DNA from: Ylistrum balloti
Taxonomy: Eukaryota
Assembly (NCBI RefSeq): GCF_031769215.1
Contig: NW_026781961.1
Span: forward strand, 1,612,001-1,676,000
Length of the DNA: 64,000 bases
Direction: 5' to 3'
A model generated the notes under the pieces. That model was given only the letters and a program-made list of their open reading frames with translations. It did no database searches and was not told the origin of the DNA. Each line of letters begins with the position of its first letter. Position 1 is the first letter of the stretch. A program made the translations under genes and the position numbers. Of this stretch, positions 48,061 to 61,865 are shown piece after piece.

Positions 48061-51000
48061 TCACATGCTGGCATTTTTTTTTTTTTTTTTTTTTTTTCAA
48101 TTTTACATCATGTGATATTTTTATTATCTTAATTGATTATAAGTGATTTAGTCTTTGAAACGGAAAAAAATCCTAATGAGCGACTGTTTGATTCTTTGAT
48201 TTGTGCCTGTTTCGTTATATTTTGAAATACGTCATATGTTTTTTTTTTTCAAATACAGTTCAGCAATTTTTTGACGTGAGTTGTAAGACTCTAAGCTTCA
48301 AACAAAGTATATTGAATACCGATTATTACCATATATACCTATATCACTCATGCAGAATATATTTTGATAATAACTTTGTGTATATGTAGTACTTGTTCTT
48401 GTATATAATATACATCATACTTTTTGTTATTCTATATTTTGTTGATAAAGGTTTTGAAGTTAAAAAAGAAACGAGATAAACATCCGGAAGTTTTGAGACA
48501 ATTTCAATTTCGGCGTTTTAAGTAAATAAATGTAATAAATAACTATGTTCATTAAAACGTTTGTTGCTATCCATCCTATTCATTGTCCGTTGTCTTTTAA
48601 TAATTTCTCCCACTTGACAACGACATCGTATATATAATACGGACATTCTAGTGAAATGACCTATTCAATAAAACTACTGCAAAGGAGATATTCACAAGGA
48701 AACTAATTTATGAAATTTGTTATCGTTATTTTTTAGCAATACTGGATGTATCTTTCCCAAATTTCATAAATAAATAATATTGGTCACTAGTTGTGCGTTT
48801 ATGATTTTAGAACAAAAGAAAAAAACACAAATGTCTGACAGGAAGCCATCATAGATTTGATAGATGAAGATTGGTATGACTGTTTATTCAAAAATTCTGA
48901 AATTTCATTAAGGACAAAAACAGAGAAAAGAAGGGAAAAGATCCAACCTTAAATTAATATCACTCTGGGATCTAAAGTTATCAAAGTACATCAAATTTAT
49001 GCAAAACATTCTTCCCTCTGTATATCCACGTATGCGTACTGTATTACTTGTACCGTGTATCTTACATACTTCTCTATATTGTATATCTCTGTATAACATT
49101 GTTTATAACGGTGTTCAGATACAAAATTAACTAAAGAGAAAAAATAACCATCCAGGACCTTCTACATATACATTACATATCAGAACAACAAAACCGACAG
49201 TTTTCTTATAACTTGTTTGGAAAGCCTTTTGCTAAAATATTTCTATTGCCATAAATTTTTACCAGGGTATATACTAGGGTTATCTCCCCTGCATCAAGAT
49301 AATGACTTTTGCATAGTGAGACATTTAAGAATGTCTGGTAATGTCAATATATGAATATGGAATTCGAACATGATTAATTTATTTTTGCACTTGTTTGTGC
49401 TGCAGATTTAGATTATAGAAATAAATCAATTATTGGCCACTCTTAATAGTCTTTATTCTGTGATATTTTGATATGTTAAACTCTACAAAACTGCCAATAT
49501 TTACCACGAGATCGACCCCACCCTTTATTGTAAGAAAACAGGTCAGCGTTCACTTCATTGATAGGTGTTCAACTGAGCAAATAATTCCTTCGTGGTTTAT
49601 AAACACTTCAGCCTCTCTTCACACATAGAATTTATCCGGCGTATCGGTCAACGGGCTTTTAAACTATAAATCCAGTACTGACGGCCTATAAAAATAATAC
49701 AAAAAGTACCACACACGGCATCGCCACTAGTAGTACAGAATGCATGTATTCATTTCTCTTTTGACCTGTTGAACAGGGGCAGCCCCTGACAGAAAAAAAG
49801 CTTTTCCAATATATGCCCCGGGCTTGAGATAAGCTGTATCCACAGTGTTTAGAATACAAGATTTTGAGTTCGGGATACCGAGATTTGATGTGCTCACACT
49901 TATTGTTTCACAAATATCAGAGGCGCCAATGATGAACAAGTGCCGTATATATAAGCAAAATATATTTACTTATGTATGTTATAGATGTATCTCATCGCCC
50001 CATCAACTATATTTTTTACCCCATCTGTGTTGTACATATGTATCCCAAGTATTCTTTACTGATTACTTACTAATTTAAATTAGAATTGTTGACCTTAAAT
50101 GGAAAACATGAAGATAACGCATATAATTAGACAGGTTAATCACATTGGTGGAACCCGGGTCGTCTTCGTTATTGGAGCATGCGTTCACATTCCATGACAG
50201 TTTATATCAAAAGGCAAGATTTTCCTAAAACACTTCAAATGTTAAGTTATTCTAAGTTGTCGGCATCATTCAATGTTCAAACAGTAGTATAGGTGTTTGA
50301 AGACCATTGAAGGAAATTGTTGTGATATAAGTTTTAAACTCATGAATAGCGATAATCACCCCCAGCACTTCGACCACTACAGCTAATTCCGAGTGTTAGT
50401 GTTACATGTGTATAATGAAGCTGTTAAATACGACGTCAGTCTATCAAGCAAAGGGAGGTAACACAACAATGACATGTCGTTAACACCTACAACAACATAT
50501 GTAACTTTGACACCACCTGGTGAGGTTAACACTATTATCGCTTGTGTTCATTGTAAGGGTCGGTTCACCAGCGAATTCTGATGAAAATTCGCGCACCATG
50601 TATCTATATTAAAACCCTGTGTGCCCATGTGAGAGTTCGGGATCAAGTTATAACTAATAATTTCAGGATCAGAACAAATGGAATTTAAATTGAGAAAAAA
50701 AAGACACCGTGTATTTCGGGAAAACAGATTTTTCCTCACAAATACAATGACAATATTACCGCAATCTTTTTATGCTTTTGTGCTGTACATATAACAGTAT
50801 AAAAATATATTTTTGGTTTACTATCTCTCTCATGTTGATCAGGTAATACTAAATCTTCTTGTCTCTTTTTACGAAATAAACTTTCATTTCCTTGAATATT
50901 GAATCCACTAATCGAAGATCATACTCTTTGAGACACAGTTTGAAGATGTTATACACAAGTGAAAACAATGAAACCAAATTGTTCCTTAAAAGCCTAGTCG

Positions 51001-51164
51001 GAGATGGCGGTGCTGGTTTTTCTGTATATAAAGTCTAGCGACACCTACTGGTGACAATAAGTTTAAAACATCCTCATTCTGTTTTAATAGATATACGATG
51101 CGGGTTAAGTAATGGGGGCTGACTGTCAGACTTAATTCATTCATTGATTTCTACCCGGCAAATG

Positions 51165-51202
51165 AGGGGGGGGGAGGAGTGTTGGTGTACAGAGGTGTCT
51201 GT

Positions 51203-51235
<33 letters not shown>

Positions 51236-51267
51236 GGAGAGGAGTGTTGGTGTATAGAGGTGTCTGT
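51165..51267. repeat. G31 homopolymer flanked by a 29-bp direct duplication
   Basis: gaggagtgttggtgta[c/t]agaggtgtctgt at 51174 and 51239; G run 51203-51233. Confidence 0.9.
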
Positions 51268-54200
51268 AACTCTGGAAGCCAAGTGAACTGAGTGTCCGCC
51301 TGTAGCCACTTTTGGCCAGGACACTTTACTACCAATTGATTTTTGGATAGCGCATGACAGGCTCCCAGCATGCTGTTCAGTGAGATAGTCCTCTTTAAGG
51401 GGCGATAATCCCCTCGCATTTACGTAGGTGTCATGTAGATTTTACTACTAAGGACTTAGCTTCCTGTGTCGTCTAAAATAACGTTCATGTTTTAAATGTT
51501 TCCATTAAATTTATTATAAAAATCCGAAAGTTTGTGTGAAGAAAAACTATTCATTCATCAAAATATCATTAGTATGTATACTAAATAGTTTACCAATTTT
51601 GTATTCATAACCATTACCTTTAAACAGCCGTAACTAATACGGTAATAATTTATCTAGGAGCTATAAACCAATTTTCGATTTTCAAACATAAGATTTAAAT
51701 AGGCATGAATGAAGAGTGTTGATATACCTAGAGAGATACTAGCATGTGTTTCGGAAATGTATGGTAAGTTTTACTGCATTGATAAACTTATTCTTACTGG
51801 TGGGTCATTCTTATTTGGAGGCTAAAAGTTTTAATATGAATATAATACCATCGAGATTTGATTAATTTAACAATACATGTTTGTCATTACCACTGAACAA
51901 CTTTAAATATCGTGTTATGTTTGATCTGGATGGAAACTAAGAGGTGACGAGACGTTACCTGGAGCCGTCCTTTCCCCTGGGCCATCATCAGTCATGCGCG
52001 GTGAGAGTAAACGTCATCCATGACTGGTTTCCTTGGTTGACATCACACCATGGACAGAGTTGCCCAGAGTGTGTAAGATGATGGGTGTGTGACGGCTTCT
52101 AGTACAGTAGCCTTAACTATTGGGATATATACTGACCAGACCGGTACACTGTGATACCAGTCAATTACTTCCATACACCTGGTAACGTACACACAGGTAA
52201 CACCGATTGGGATTTACTTACTGAAATTGTATCTTACTTTTTTGGATAAACATCATTTTCCATCGTCAGATATTACAGGTAAGAGAAATTATTATGCATT
52301 TTTTAAAAATATGTATATATCATAAAGTTTGCACACCAGGTGTTTCAGTCATACCTGGAGCGTCCAATCAAGATTTGTGGTGTGTAACCGTATGATATGG
52401 AATAACACGAACTCTCATACGTACATAATTAGGCCGGTAACAAACACGGAGACTGTTTACCTAACTTGCCTTGTACTACCGCTTAGGACGATATACTTCT
52501 CTTTCTTTGACAATGTTTAGTACTATATTTGGGACGGTAAAGCTGGCGGTTACTTGACACCCTCTTCTGTTCGTGCCCTATCTTACCATCTCTGACAGGT
52601 AACAGATGTATACACAGTTAACACATATCGAGTCTATTTTTCTATACATTAGTGCATACCGAATACGGAGATACAACCTTCCCTGTGTCAACTGTTTGAG
52701 AGTAACGAGACACTCCTCAACAAAATTTAAAGTATGAATTTACAAATGGTAACAAATCGTTGAAAGCAAGACAAACTTTCATCAATACTTAGTCACTATA
52801 ACTTCTTGTATAATTGAAAGTTGGTGACGATTAAGCGTAGGCAACGTTTTTGCTTTCGCCATTACAAATAGAGCACAGTTCAAACATTTCCACTGTATGA
52901 ACCTCTCTGCTTTGTATTTGAAATAGAGCTTAATGCTGCGTTCAACGTTTTGAAAATAACGCCATCCTTTTAAAGTCATTTACAGGTCACGGTACATATA
53001 TCTGTTACGAGTTTAGGTACGACAGGTGTTGAAAATTGTGTCAAAAGTATCACTTCAGAGAATAAAGATTATTTAGTGATGAACATAGACATGTAAATAA
53101 ACACCCTCAATGTCGGGAATTACTTGTAAATCACGATACACTTTGTAAGTAAATGTGTCACAGTTGTAAAGACATTTAGTGTTTCTGAAAAAAGCTAATC
53201 ACTGAAGGTTCGCAAGGTTGAAAAAGAGACAAATTATTTCTTATTACAATAATCATACAAATTAAGCTGCGAGAGCAATACCACTGATGTCCAAACAGCT
53301 GATTCATTGAACAAGTCACACTGGACAAGGAAGTCCATCATGTGTTGACACGGCCATTGTTGTACTGAATCATCACATCAAATAGATAGCATGACCAGGG
53401 GGCACGGTGACTTTGTCCACCTTTCTGTAACCAAATCAATCATGACCTGTTAGGTATTAGGAAGTTATAAAACTCTTCTATCGAAACGACAATAGAGTGC
53501 ATCACCGAACAAAAGGATAATAATTTACTAGTGAAACACCATTGGGATTACATATACTTTTTAATATGATATGTGGTATTTTTGAACAGTTGTTACTAAA
53601 CTACGGTAATTATGTATTTGTTTTGTAAAACCTTTTGTCAAATACATGTAGCCGTCATTGTCAGAGACGACCAGAGCAACAACAAAGGGCAACAACTCTT
53701 TAAATCGTGGCTTTAATGTTATCTTAGAAGGCGTCTGAATGGTAAGAAAGGGCACGCAAAACACTACACAACAACAAGCTACACGAGTAAATGAGATGTA
53801 TTTCAAACACCAAATGAAAGTCAGAGTAATCACAATGAAACGCAATGACATTGAGCAACGCTATAATCATTCAGGTACATGTGCTCATATTTTATGGAAA
53901 ATGATGGAACATTGAAACTGTAGTTTTCTAAGTGAAGGAAACCCTGACTAAATCAATTTAGGAAGCTGCATTTTTTTTCATAATAAGTGATGATTGGATC
54001 GTAAAAGCCAATTCGCAATGAGACTACCTACGTTTTGTCATATTATACTTCTTTTTTACAGCAGATATGATCGAACACTATGTGTTAGATAGACATTATT
54101 GGTGCAATGACCCTCTTACCCTTGCCAAAAACAACCTCCTAAGACGCATGCAATGACAAGCCGTCATGCCGTTGCGAAAATGTATATCAAATGCAATATT

Positions 54201-56379
54201 TTTAACAAGCACGAGCTGTTGTGTTTGTCATAAATAGAACATTTATTTAAAACAAATGATTTCATAAATATTAGTTGTAATATAATAGTTTTATACTACC
54301 AGTATTTTAATATTCCTGGTGCTGTTTATCAAAGTTTATGTCATAACCTTAGAAACCGTTTATAAACGGTACTGAAAAATGATTAAACAGCAGAAACAAT
54401 GTTTACACGTTGCTCAAACATTGTTTGGGCTAATTAGTGGTTAGTGAAAATGTCAAATATAAGATAAATAGAATTAGGAAAGGGTTTTACTATTGCACAG
54501 CAATTAGAATTGAAGAGATATGCCATTACATGTGTTTGAGAGCCAACTGTCGCTTTGAAAGTCCTTCTATATGGAGATACAGAAATTTGAACTGATTAAC
54601 TCCACCCAGCCTTGAGAACTGTTAACAAAAATACTATATTTTTCGTTTTATCAAAACCATGCCAATATTGTAATGCTCCTTAGATGCATGTAAAAGGTTT
54701 ATATAGCTGAAATCTGATTTGTCAATGAGAACTGTTTAGTCTGATACCGCAGTCCATTTTAATGTTAATTTATAAAAGCCTGACAAAACAAGATTTAGGT
54801 TCATTCCCCTTTTGGTTTCGATGTTTGACTTTTTGTACAACCTCTGAATATATTTCACAATATTACGAGCATGTTCATCTTAAATATTTTATCTTATAAG
54901 ATCGGCATTCATTTCGCTCCAGGCATATGTATATCATATGTATGTAATATGTATAACACGACCTATACCTGTAACCATCATACCTGTTTGAGCTAGATTT
55001 TACTTAAACTAAGCAGTCGACCTATTTATTGTATCTGTAAGGAATCTAGGTTCCTTTCATATTTCAATATTTTCGTTGTATCGACAAAAGTCATTTTAAA
55101 TGTTTATAAAGGTATGAATACCACAGTTAATCAGATTTTAGGGGATATCATGACGAGCTATCGAGAATGTTTTCATATTTAAATCAGTCTCTATTAGAAA
55201 GGTTAAACAGTCGAATTATTTCTTGTTGCAGTCCTCATCAACTTAACACAATGCTAACAATATCTCGCCATTAAAATGTTGGTATACAAGTAGATCGGTT
55301 TCATTCCCTGAAAGAAAAGCCGATTTTTTTCATATTCAAATTTGATTTAGGTGTATGTAAGACATGCTGTGTAAAACAAGAGATTTAGAAATATTTCTCC
55401 AAGTAAAGCTGAGGACACTCAAAGTTTCAATATGGGACGCAAACCATCGTCTGTTGGTTTCTACAAATAATGTGACGATAAAGTTTGACAATATGCCCAA
55501 ATCAAACGCCGGGACTTCGAAAGCAATAAGGGTGAATTTGTAGCATATTTACACTAATCTAACCCCGACAGCATTAACTTTAGTGAATGCAAAATTGAAT
55601 ACATAATCCTGGCTTCCAGCAGATATTGGTCAGAATGATCAATGAATGTGATAATACATATATTCTATCACCTGTAGGCGTGATACCTAATCCTTGATGG
55701 CCAGTACCGGCCAACCTAATCGTTTTATATTTTTACGAGTTTTCAATGATACAGTATTATTAAGTAAGCTTTGCTGTCACGTTAAATTAAGTGTAATAAG
55801 AATATTAACTTAGCATGGTAATATCCTAGTGAAAAGGAATAAATACAGAGCTTGTCAGTTCTTAAAATTGACCCATTCATAAATTTAATATAGACCTATA
55901 TTTCGTTTTGATCTTGACATATGATTGCATTGAGAAATATCTTCCTCTCACCAATATCGTACTATATCCGACAATTTTATCGCTGTTCGATGAAGATACA
56001 CATTATGTGTTTTATAACCTATTTAAGTAAACACTTCCAACCCAGTAAGATCTTGTATATTATAACATGCATACCTATAATTACCAGTTCTATATGACAG
56101 TGTAAATGTAATCTTAAATGTTGTGTAATAGGAAAAACATATTACACAATTTGCAAATTGGTTTTAGGATTCTATTTCAGAGTATTATGTAGAGAATACA
56201 GGTGTAATAAATTACTTGCTTTTATGTGTATTTACGGGTACTCCTATGATTGTATTTACGGGTACTCCTATAATTTATGGATGACCATTAAGGCAAGATT
56301 TCGTTGCCAATGTTATTAGCATGAAATAATTCTCATAAATGTGAGTGGTGTGTCCCTAATAGTGACAACAAATTTTTCA

Positions 56380-56651
56380 TTTATGTTTGCTTGTCTCTTA
56401 AGTTTATTTCTCCATAAACAGTAAGGGTCATTTTAGGTGGAGTGTGCATGTCGTTCCTTGTCGCTACCTCACTAAACAACATATGAGATGTCTGTGGCAT
56501 ATCATCCAGATTAATGAGGGTAAAGTGTCTTGCTCAAGGACACAATCACGTGCACGTCAACACCTACCGGTCTGTTTCTGAGAAATACAAATCGCTACGG
56601 GTACCATGCACCTGTGACCAATGTTCTAACCGACTGAAAAATTGCGGCCCC
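56380..56651 (-). mobile_element. tRNA-derived CORE-type SINE
   Basis: Reverse strand: head ggggccgcaatttttcagtcggttagaac, and the CORE-like ttgtgtccttgagcaagacactttaccc. Confidence 0.75.
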
Positions 56652-59600
56652 ATTTCCGTTCTGTACCCATAACAACAGAAATATTGGACATAACGTCAGA
56701 CCACATGGGGTTTCCTGCGGCACTCAAGTTCCTTTTCTAGGAAGACCGTTCCCTTGCTGCTTCTATTCATGTCAAATAAAGTTGTCGACAACATATGTAA
56801 GCGGAACTTGTTTTGCAGATCTTAGAGAATATCTTTGATAGATTATTACCCTTTGATTTCTGTAAGCTTCTCTTTCTTCCAACGGTCTGGGATATATAAT
56901 TGCTTTTAAGTTATGGCTTCTTTTCTTAAAAACATTTTCAAATTTACGACATCTTATGACCGAAGTTTTGCAACTAATTGTCACAACATTCATTCGTACG
57001 GACGGGCTACTGTTTACGCCTTAAGTGAATTTATTTGTTTGTCTAGAGAAGAAATTCTTTCTAAGATTATTAGGGTATAATAAAGTAGACGGTGTTGATA
57101 TGTAATAGTAGACTACAATCACACAGAATGATCAGCTATGTGCTTATATACACCTAGCTGGTACTTATATGGAAAGCGACCTTTATTAAGACCAGAGGTT
57201 AAACAACTACTCAAACTTGACCTTGATATTTTGCCAAAAAGGAAAAGGTATAAATTATTATTGTTTTGGAAAAAAATATTTCCTTTTCACAAGGGGAACA
57301 TTCATCAATGTGCTTTATATGGTACAGATGAAAACATCAAATATGGTATGAAATAGGCTAGATGATATATAAACAAATCATAAGAGACGAGCTTACCATA
57401 CCCTGACCACCATTAAACACCTCCAAGGCTTTTCTAAAGTTTTATGACCCGGCCAGATTTGTAATACGCTCCCATTGCCCTTCACTGGCCGCCTCTAGAT
57501 ATATTTAATCCGATTTATATCTATGTATACTTATAACGATATGCCTGATTACGATATCGGTATGAAGCTTTCGGACTTACAACCCATTGAGTAAATCCCA
57601 ATAGTATACCCCGTGGTGTGTAATAGGGAAATCAGTGATATGTCTAATACCTATATTGTATACATTGTACTGATACGTGATATATCATCTTAGTCCGGAA
57701 TCAGCAAATTATAGGTGGCATGTAAATATCTAAATTCTATTTACATGTTATCTACAACATTAGTATAGGCCAAATTCGTATTTGTGTCATATCTTACACT
57801 AGAGGATGTTCCTTGTAACCTGATATCTATGTTGAAATGAAAATCATGATACATGAGTAGCGCCGTAAATGTTGAATAAACTGTTCAGTGATTTGAAGAA
57901 AGCTGACACTGCTGTTGTATAAAAATAAGATTAAAGTTTTTAAAAAATTTACATGTCACCTTATATCTGTAAATAGCTGAGTAAAGCAGCTCAACTGGAA
58001 ATTGTTGACGAATATTGAATCAGCATTAGGTTAAATGATGGTTTTCGGTAGAATGAGCTTTCACTATCGAGGGTTCAATTGTCAAAATATATCTAGAGAA
58101 GTCATGAACCTGTTTGTAACAAACGATGGTGTACACGTGAATAGGCTAGTTTAAGATCAAGAAGCCTGCTGATACCTTACTAATACCTTTCTAATGTGCT
58201 TCTGCATTTAGGAAGCAAACGTAAGTTTGAATGCATAACTTAACACATAACATTATTTGATTTTGTGTACCAAATCTAATGCTAATCCTTTTACTACAAA
58301 ACTAGAAATAGTGAAAGCTGCATCTTTATAATGGTAAAAATCACAATCTTCTTTTAAAACTGTTTTCTTTTTGTTTTTGTTTTTTGTTTTGTTCAATACC
58401 AGCTCTGTTATATCATATAATATATAAGCATCAACCTTTATATATACTGTTAAATTTTCCAAAACGTGGCTTTGAATTCGATTAGGTTTATTTAGCAAGC
58501 ACAAATGTATTTTTAACTGCTAGCTTCAGATTACTTTGCAAAATTACAAGTCTTCCTAAAGAGAACTTCCTTTGGGCTAAGCGAGCGAGGGAAGTTTGTC
58601 TTATAGAACCTAGGCAGTCAACATGACAATGTGACCTGAACAAGTAAAACCTTATATGAGTGAAATCATAAAGATAAAGAACTGTATTGTTTAGACGTTA
58701 CCACAGATGTTTCTTTGTGATTACAAGCTTGTAAAATACATAGAAAATAAACATGAATTTCATTGGACCATAAAGAGCTGCGGAGAAAAGAAATTAAGAT
58801 AATTGTTGACACCTCCACATTACATGGTCGTGTTATTTTTATACCCGGTTTTCACTCGTTGATCTTTGTAACAAAACCATCGGAAAAGAAAACCTGAAAC
58901 ATCATCATATTCAATCATAAATATGTCACATCAACATTTGAAATGTATCTTTTTTTATATAAATTCATTCGCATCGAACTGAGAGTCCATATGTAGAAAA
59001 TTATTTTGAATTAAATAGCATATATTTCTCTATTACACGCATTTTTTGCCTATATATTGAAAAGACATGCTTGGGATATTAGGACGAGTCTACGCAAGTT
59101 TATAGATGCCTGAAATCAAGAAATGCAGAGTCTACCCGGCATACGTTGTATAACCGCAATCTGATTTTAGCTACAATGCTTCAGTGCTCGCTCTGTCAAG
59201 AGAGGTGTAGTCTGTAGACAAATACAATATTATGGGAAATTGTTATGTGATTTTCATCATCATTTCATACATAAATATCATATTTTCTTTTGCAACATGT
59301 CTATTTGTTCGATGGTCTTTATACTGTGATGTCCTTATATACGTCAATGTTTGGTAAGTTAGTGAAATAACGATCTCGCTCATCAGTAATAACTGTTATA
59401 TGCAAACAGCATAACAAGCGACATTTAGCACAGTTAAAATTTAGTACAGTGCTTTCAGCGCTAAAATGATATAAGTTTAACACTGATCTAAATAGGTAGT
59501 GTATTCTGGATTTTAATGCTCTTTTGAGTGCCCTGTGATTTTACAACAGTTTGTTCATCGGTGACATACAATTGTTCTTATTTCCCATCGTTTTGTTCAT

Positions 59601-59719
59601 TTATTGTTAACAGCTGAACCAATTTCAGTTAATATGTCTGTTTCGTACATTTATATGGGTTCATGGGCACTGTATTTTCATTTACTCAAATTTAGTGCTA
59701 CGTTTGATGTACGAGTTTC

Positions 59720-59885
59720 GATATGGGGCTAGTGTACCTCTAGATCTATATTTAGATTTTCCTTTCGATCACTTTGGATTCTTCTAAATCGCCCCCTAGG
59801 CCTAAAACTCAGCATCACTGACGAGTTCTTGACGGACAGAACAGCTGTATAATTTATGCAGTTAATTTATTGTTTGGCTCTTCGG
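59720..59885 (+). mobile_element. HH-1 hammerhead-bearing repeat, copy 2
   Basis: gcatca-CTGACGA-gttc-ttgac-ggac-AGAA-cagctg-TA (59812-59849). The flanks gatcactttggatt..., tcgccccctaggc and attgtttggctc are shared with the 16.1-kb copy. Confidence 0.7.
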
Positions 59886-61639
59886 GATATTACTCTAACA
59901 TTAAAATGCGTTATTCGTTTGTGTGTCTTTTCATCTATCATTACAATTTTACAATTTTACTATGGTTTTCATAACTATTACATTTGCCTCCTTAAACTGT
60001 TTGCTGACATATTTCTCTTGAGATCAATTGCTTTCTCATCGTTTTCAGCGTGATTTCCAATCAAGAGATGGTACGACAAGCAAACACGTAAACAAGGCCA
60101 TAGCTCCATACGATTAGGAACTCAATTCAGTACAACAACACCTTTAAACTGACGGATTCCCACATTGTTTTGTAATATGTGCCGACAAACCATCCCTGTT
60201 ATCCTTTACTGATCTACTGTTCATGCCTCGACGAAGGTCAATAGGTCTACAGAAACCAGTCTATTTTTCTAATTTATTTCCCGTATCGATGCCTACCCAT
60301 GTTTATCTTTAGGAGATTAAGATGCCTTTCTGGCCATTTTGTATTGTCCACTTGTGGCTTACAATGGTCTGTATTGATCAGTGGGAGGTCACGGTATGTT
60401 GCAAGGGTAACACTTTATGTGATCACAGCAACAAGCTAGAAATCTTTTTCTAGCATTACTCAGGCTATAGTCTATTTATCGACGGTCTTAATACATTCAG
60501 CGAAAATATACAAAGATATAGTGAACTTTAATGTATTATACATTTTCACCGAATGATACTTGACCAAGGTTTACATGTTGGGTGACGTCGAAGAAGCAAA
60601 CACCTGTTCTTATTCTTCGTGTTCGTTGTCAGTAATCTCCGAGTAAATGTTTCTTTTGTTCATATTTTGCCTTAGTGTCATTGAATTAAGTTTGGATTAA
60701 GGTTCACGTGTCGACGTTCTTTTTCAGATTTCTTATACAAGTTGTTTTGAATCAACATCACTGGTATCATTAATAGTAATGCGTTGAGATGCACACGGGG
60801 TATTCGACAGGTTGCGTTTAAATATATGCTAATGAATATTGACCCTATTTTTCATTCGAGTTTGGCATTAAAGTGAACGGATTTCTTAAATATTTGTGAT
60901 TAGTAACTCTGAATATGATAAACATTGTATTCACTTTGATAATCATGTATGAGCATGATACAGTATCTATTCTTTGATTTCTGTTGACGTAATACTCTCA
61001 ATCTTTAAAACATAATAGGAAAACCTCACTTCTTTATACTTAAAATATTTTTGTCATATACACATAAATCTAACAACTATTTTGGTATAAATGACTTCCT
61101 TGGTTTTGTCTGTCTGAAATTTTCACAAAATCAGTTTTAAAAAGCTTTGGATATTGCTTTTGTTGCACCAAAATTCAACTTTTGTATATATCCGCACACT
61201 TGCTTGAGTGGAAAACAACGAAATAATGACGCTACAAATAACCATTCAAGTTATATTCAAACACAAAACTGTTAGGAATCAAAATCCGTCCGATATATGT
61301 TATGTTCGGGCTTTCATAGACGCTTCTTTGATGGACGATATGGAGTCTCGCTCTCTCACGCTGAGTCCTTGCATATCACTGTACCTAATTATATGTTGTC
61401 GGACAGCCTTTTGATGTAGAGTATGACTCGGAACACCTGTAAAGTCACGCACTGTGTGTCCATTGTACTGGGCAGTGACAAACTGTCTCCTTACCACAAC
61501 ACCCTCATACGTCTGTGCTGTCAATTTAACCCAATGGCCATTGATGAAACTTGTCAATGGTTTGCCAATTTCCCTTTGGCTAGGAAGTAAACTTCCATTG
61601 CTAAAACTCGGTATAGCAGGCAGGTGCCTAGACTGTCTT

Positions 61640-61865
61640 CTTACCCATGTATTTGTATCACGGTAGGTGATCAAGATACAACTGCATCTTTTGAAACCTT
61701 GTGGTATGACGAATTCTTGCACGAAAATCCTGATAATGGGAACAGACCCTCGCATATCGAATCAGCTGTGACATGAAATATATACCATAGTTTTGGAATG
61801 CAGTTGTATTGCTATCCAGAAATGGAAATTCACAATAGAGAAAATTGGAATCACGAGTCGTCAAA
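61640..61865 (-). mobile_element. Penelope-like reverse transcriptase C-terminal fragment
   Basis: TRDSNFLYCEFPFLDSNTTAFQNYGIYFMSQLIRYARVCSHYQDF matches the recalled KRDDFNF.IVNFPFL.SNIP...AYGVYISQLIRYARAC..Y.DF; frameshifted. Confidence 0.75.

Noticed and set aside
49727-50078. 70- and 77-aa ORFs as exons of a further gene
   Set aside because: No homology recognised and no phase-compatible neighbouring exons found.
51141-51419. Poly-Pro ORF
   Set aside because: Produced by the G31 homopolymer.
53255-53305. cactgatgtccaaacagctg as another hammerhead copy
   Set aside because: Stem II and part of both catalytic boxes are missing and no family flanks are present; may be chance.
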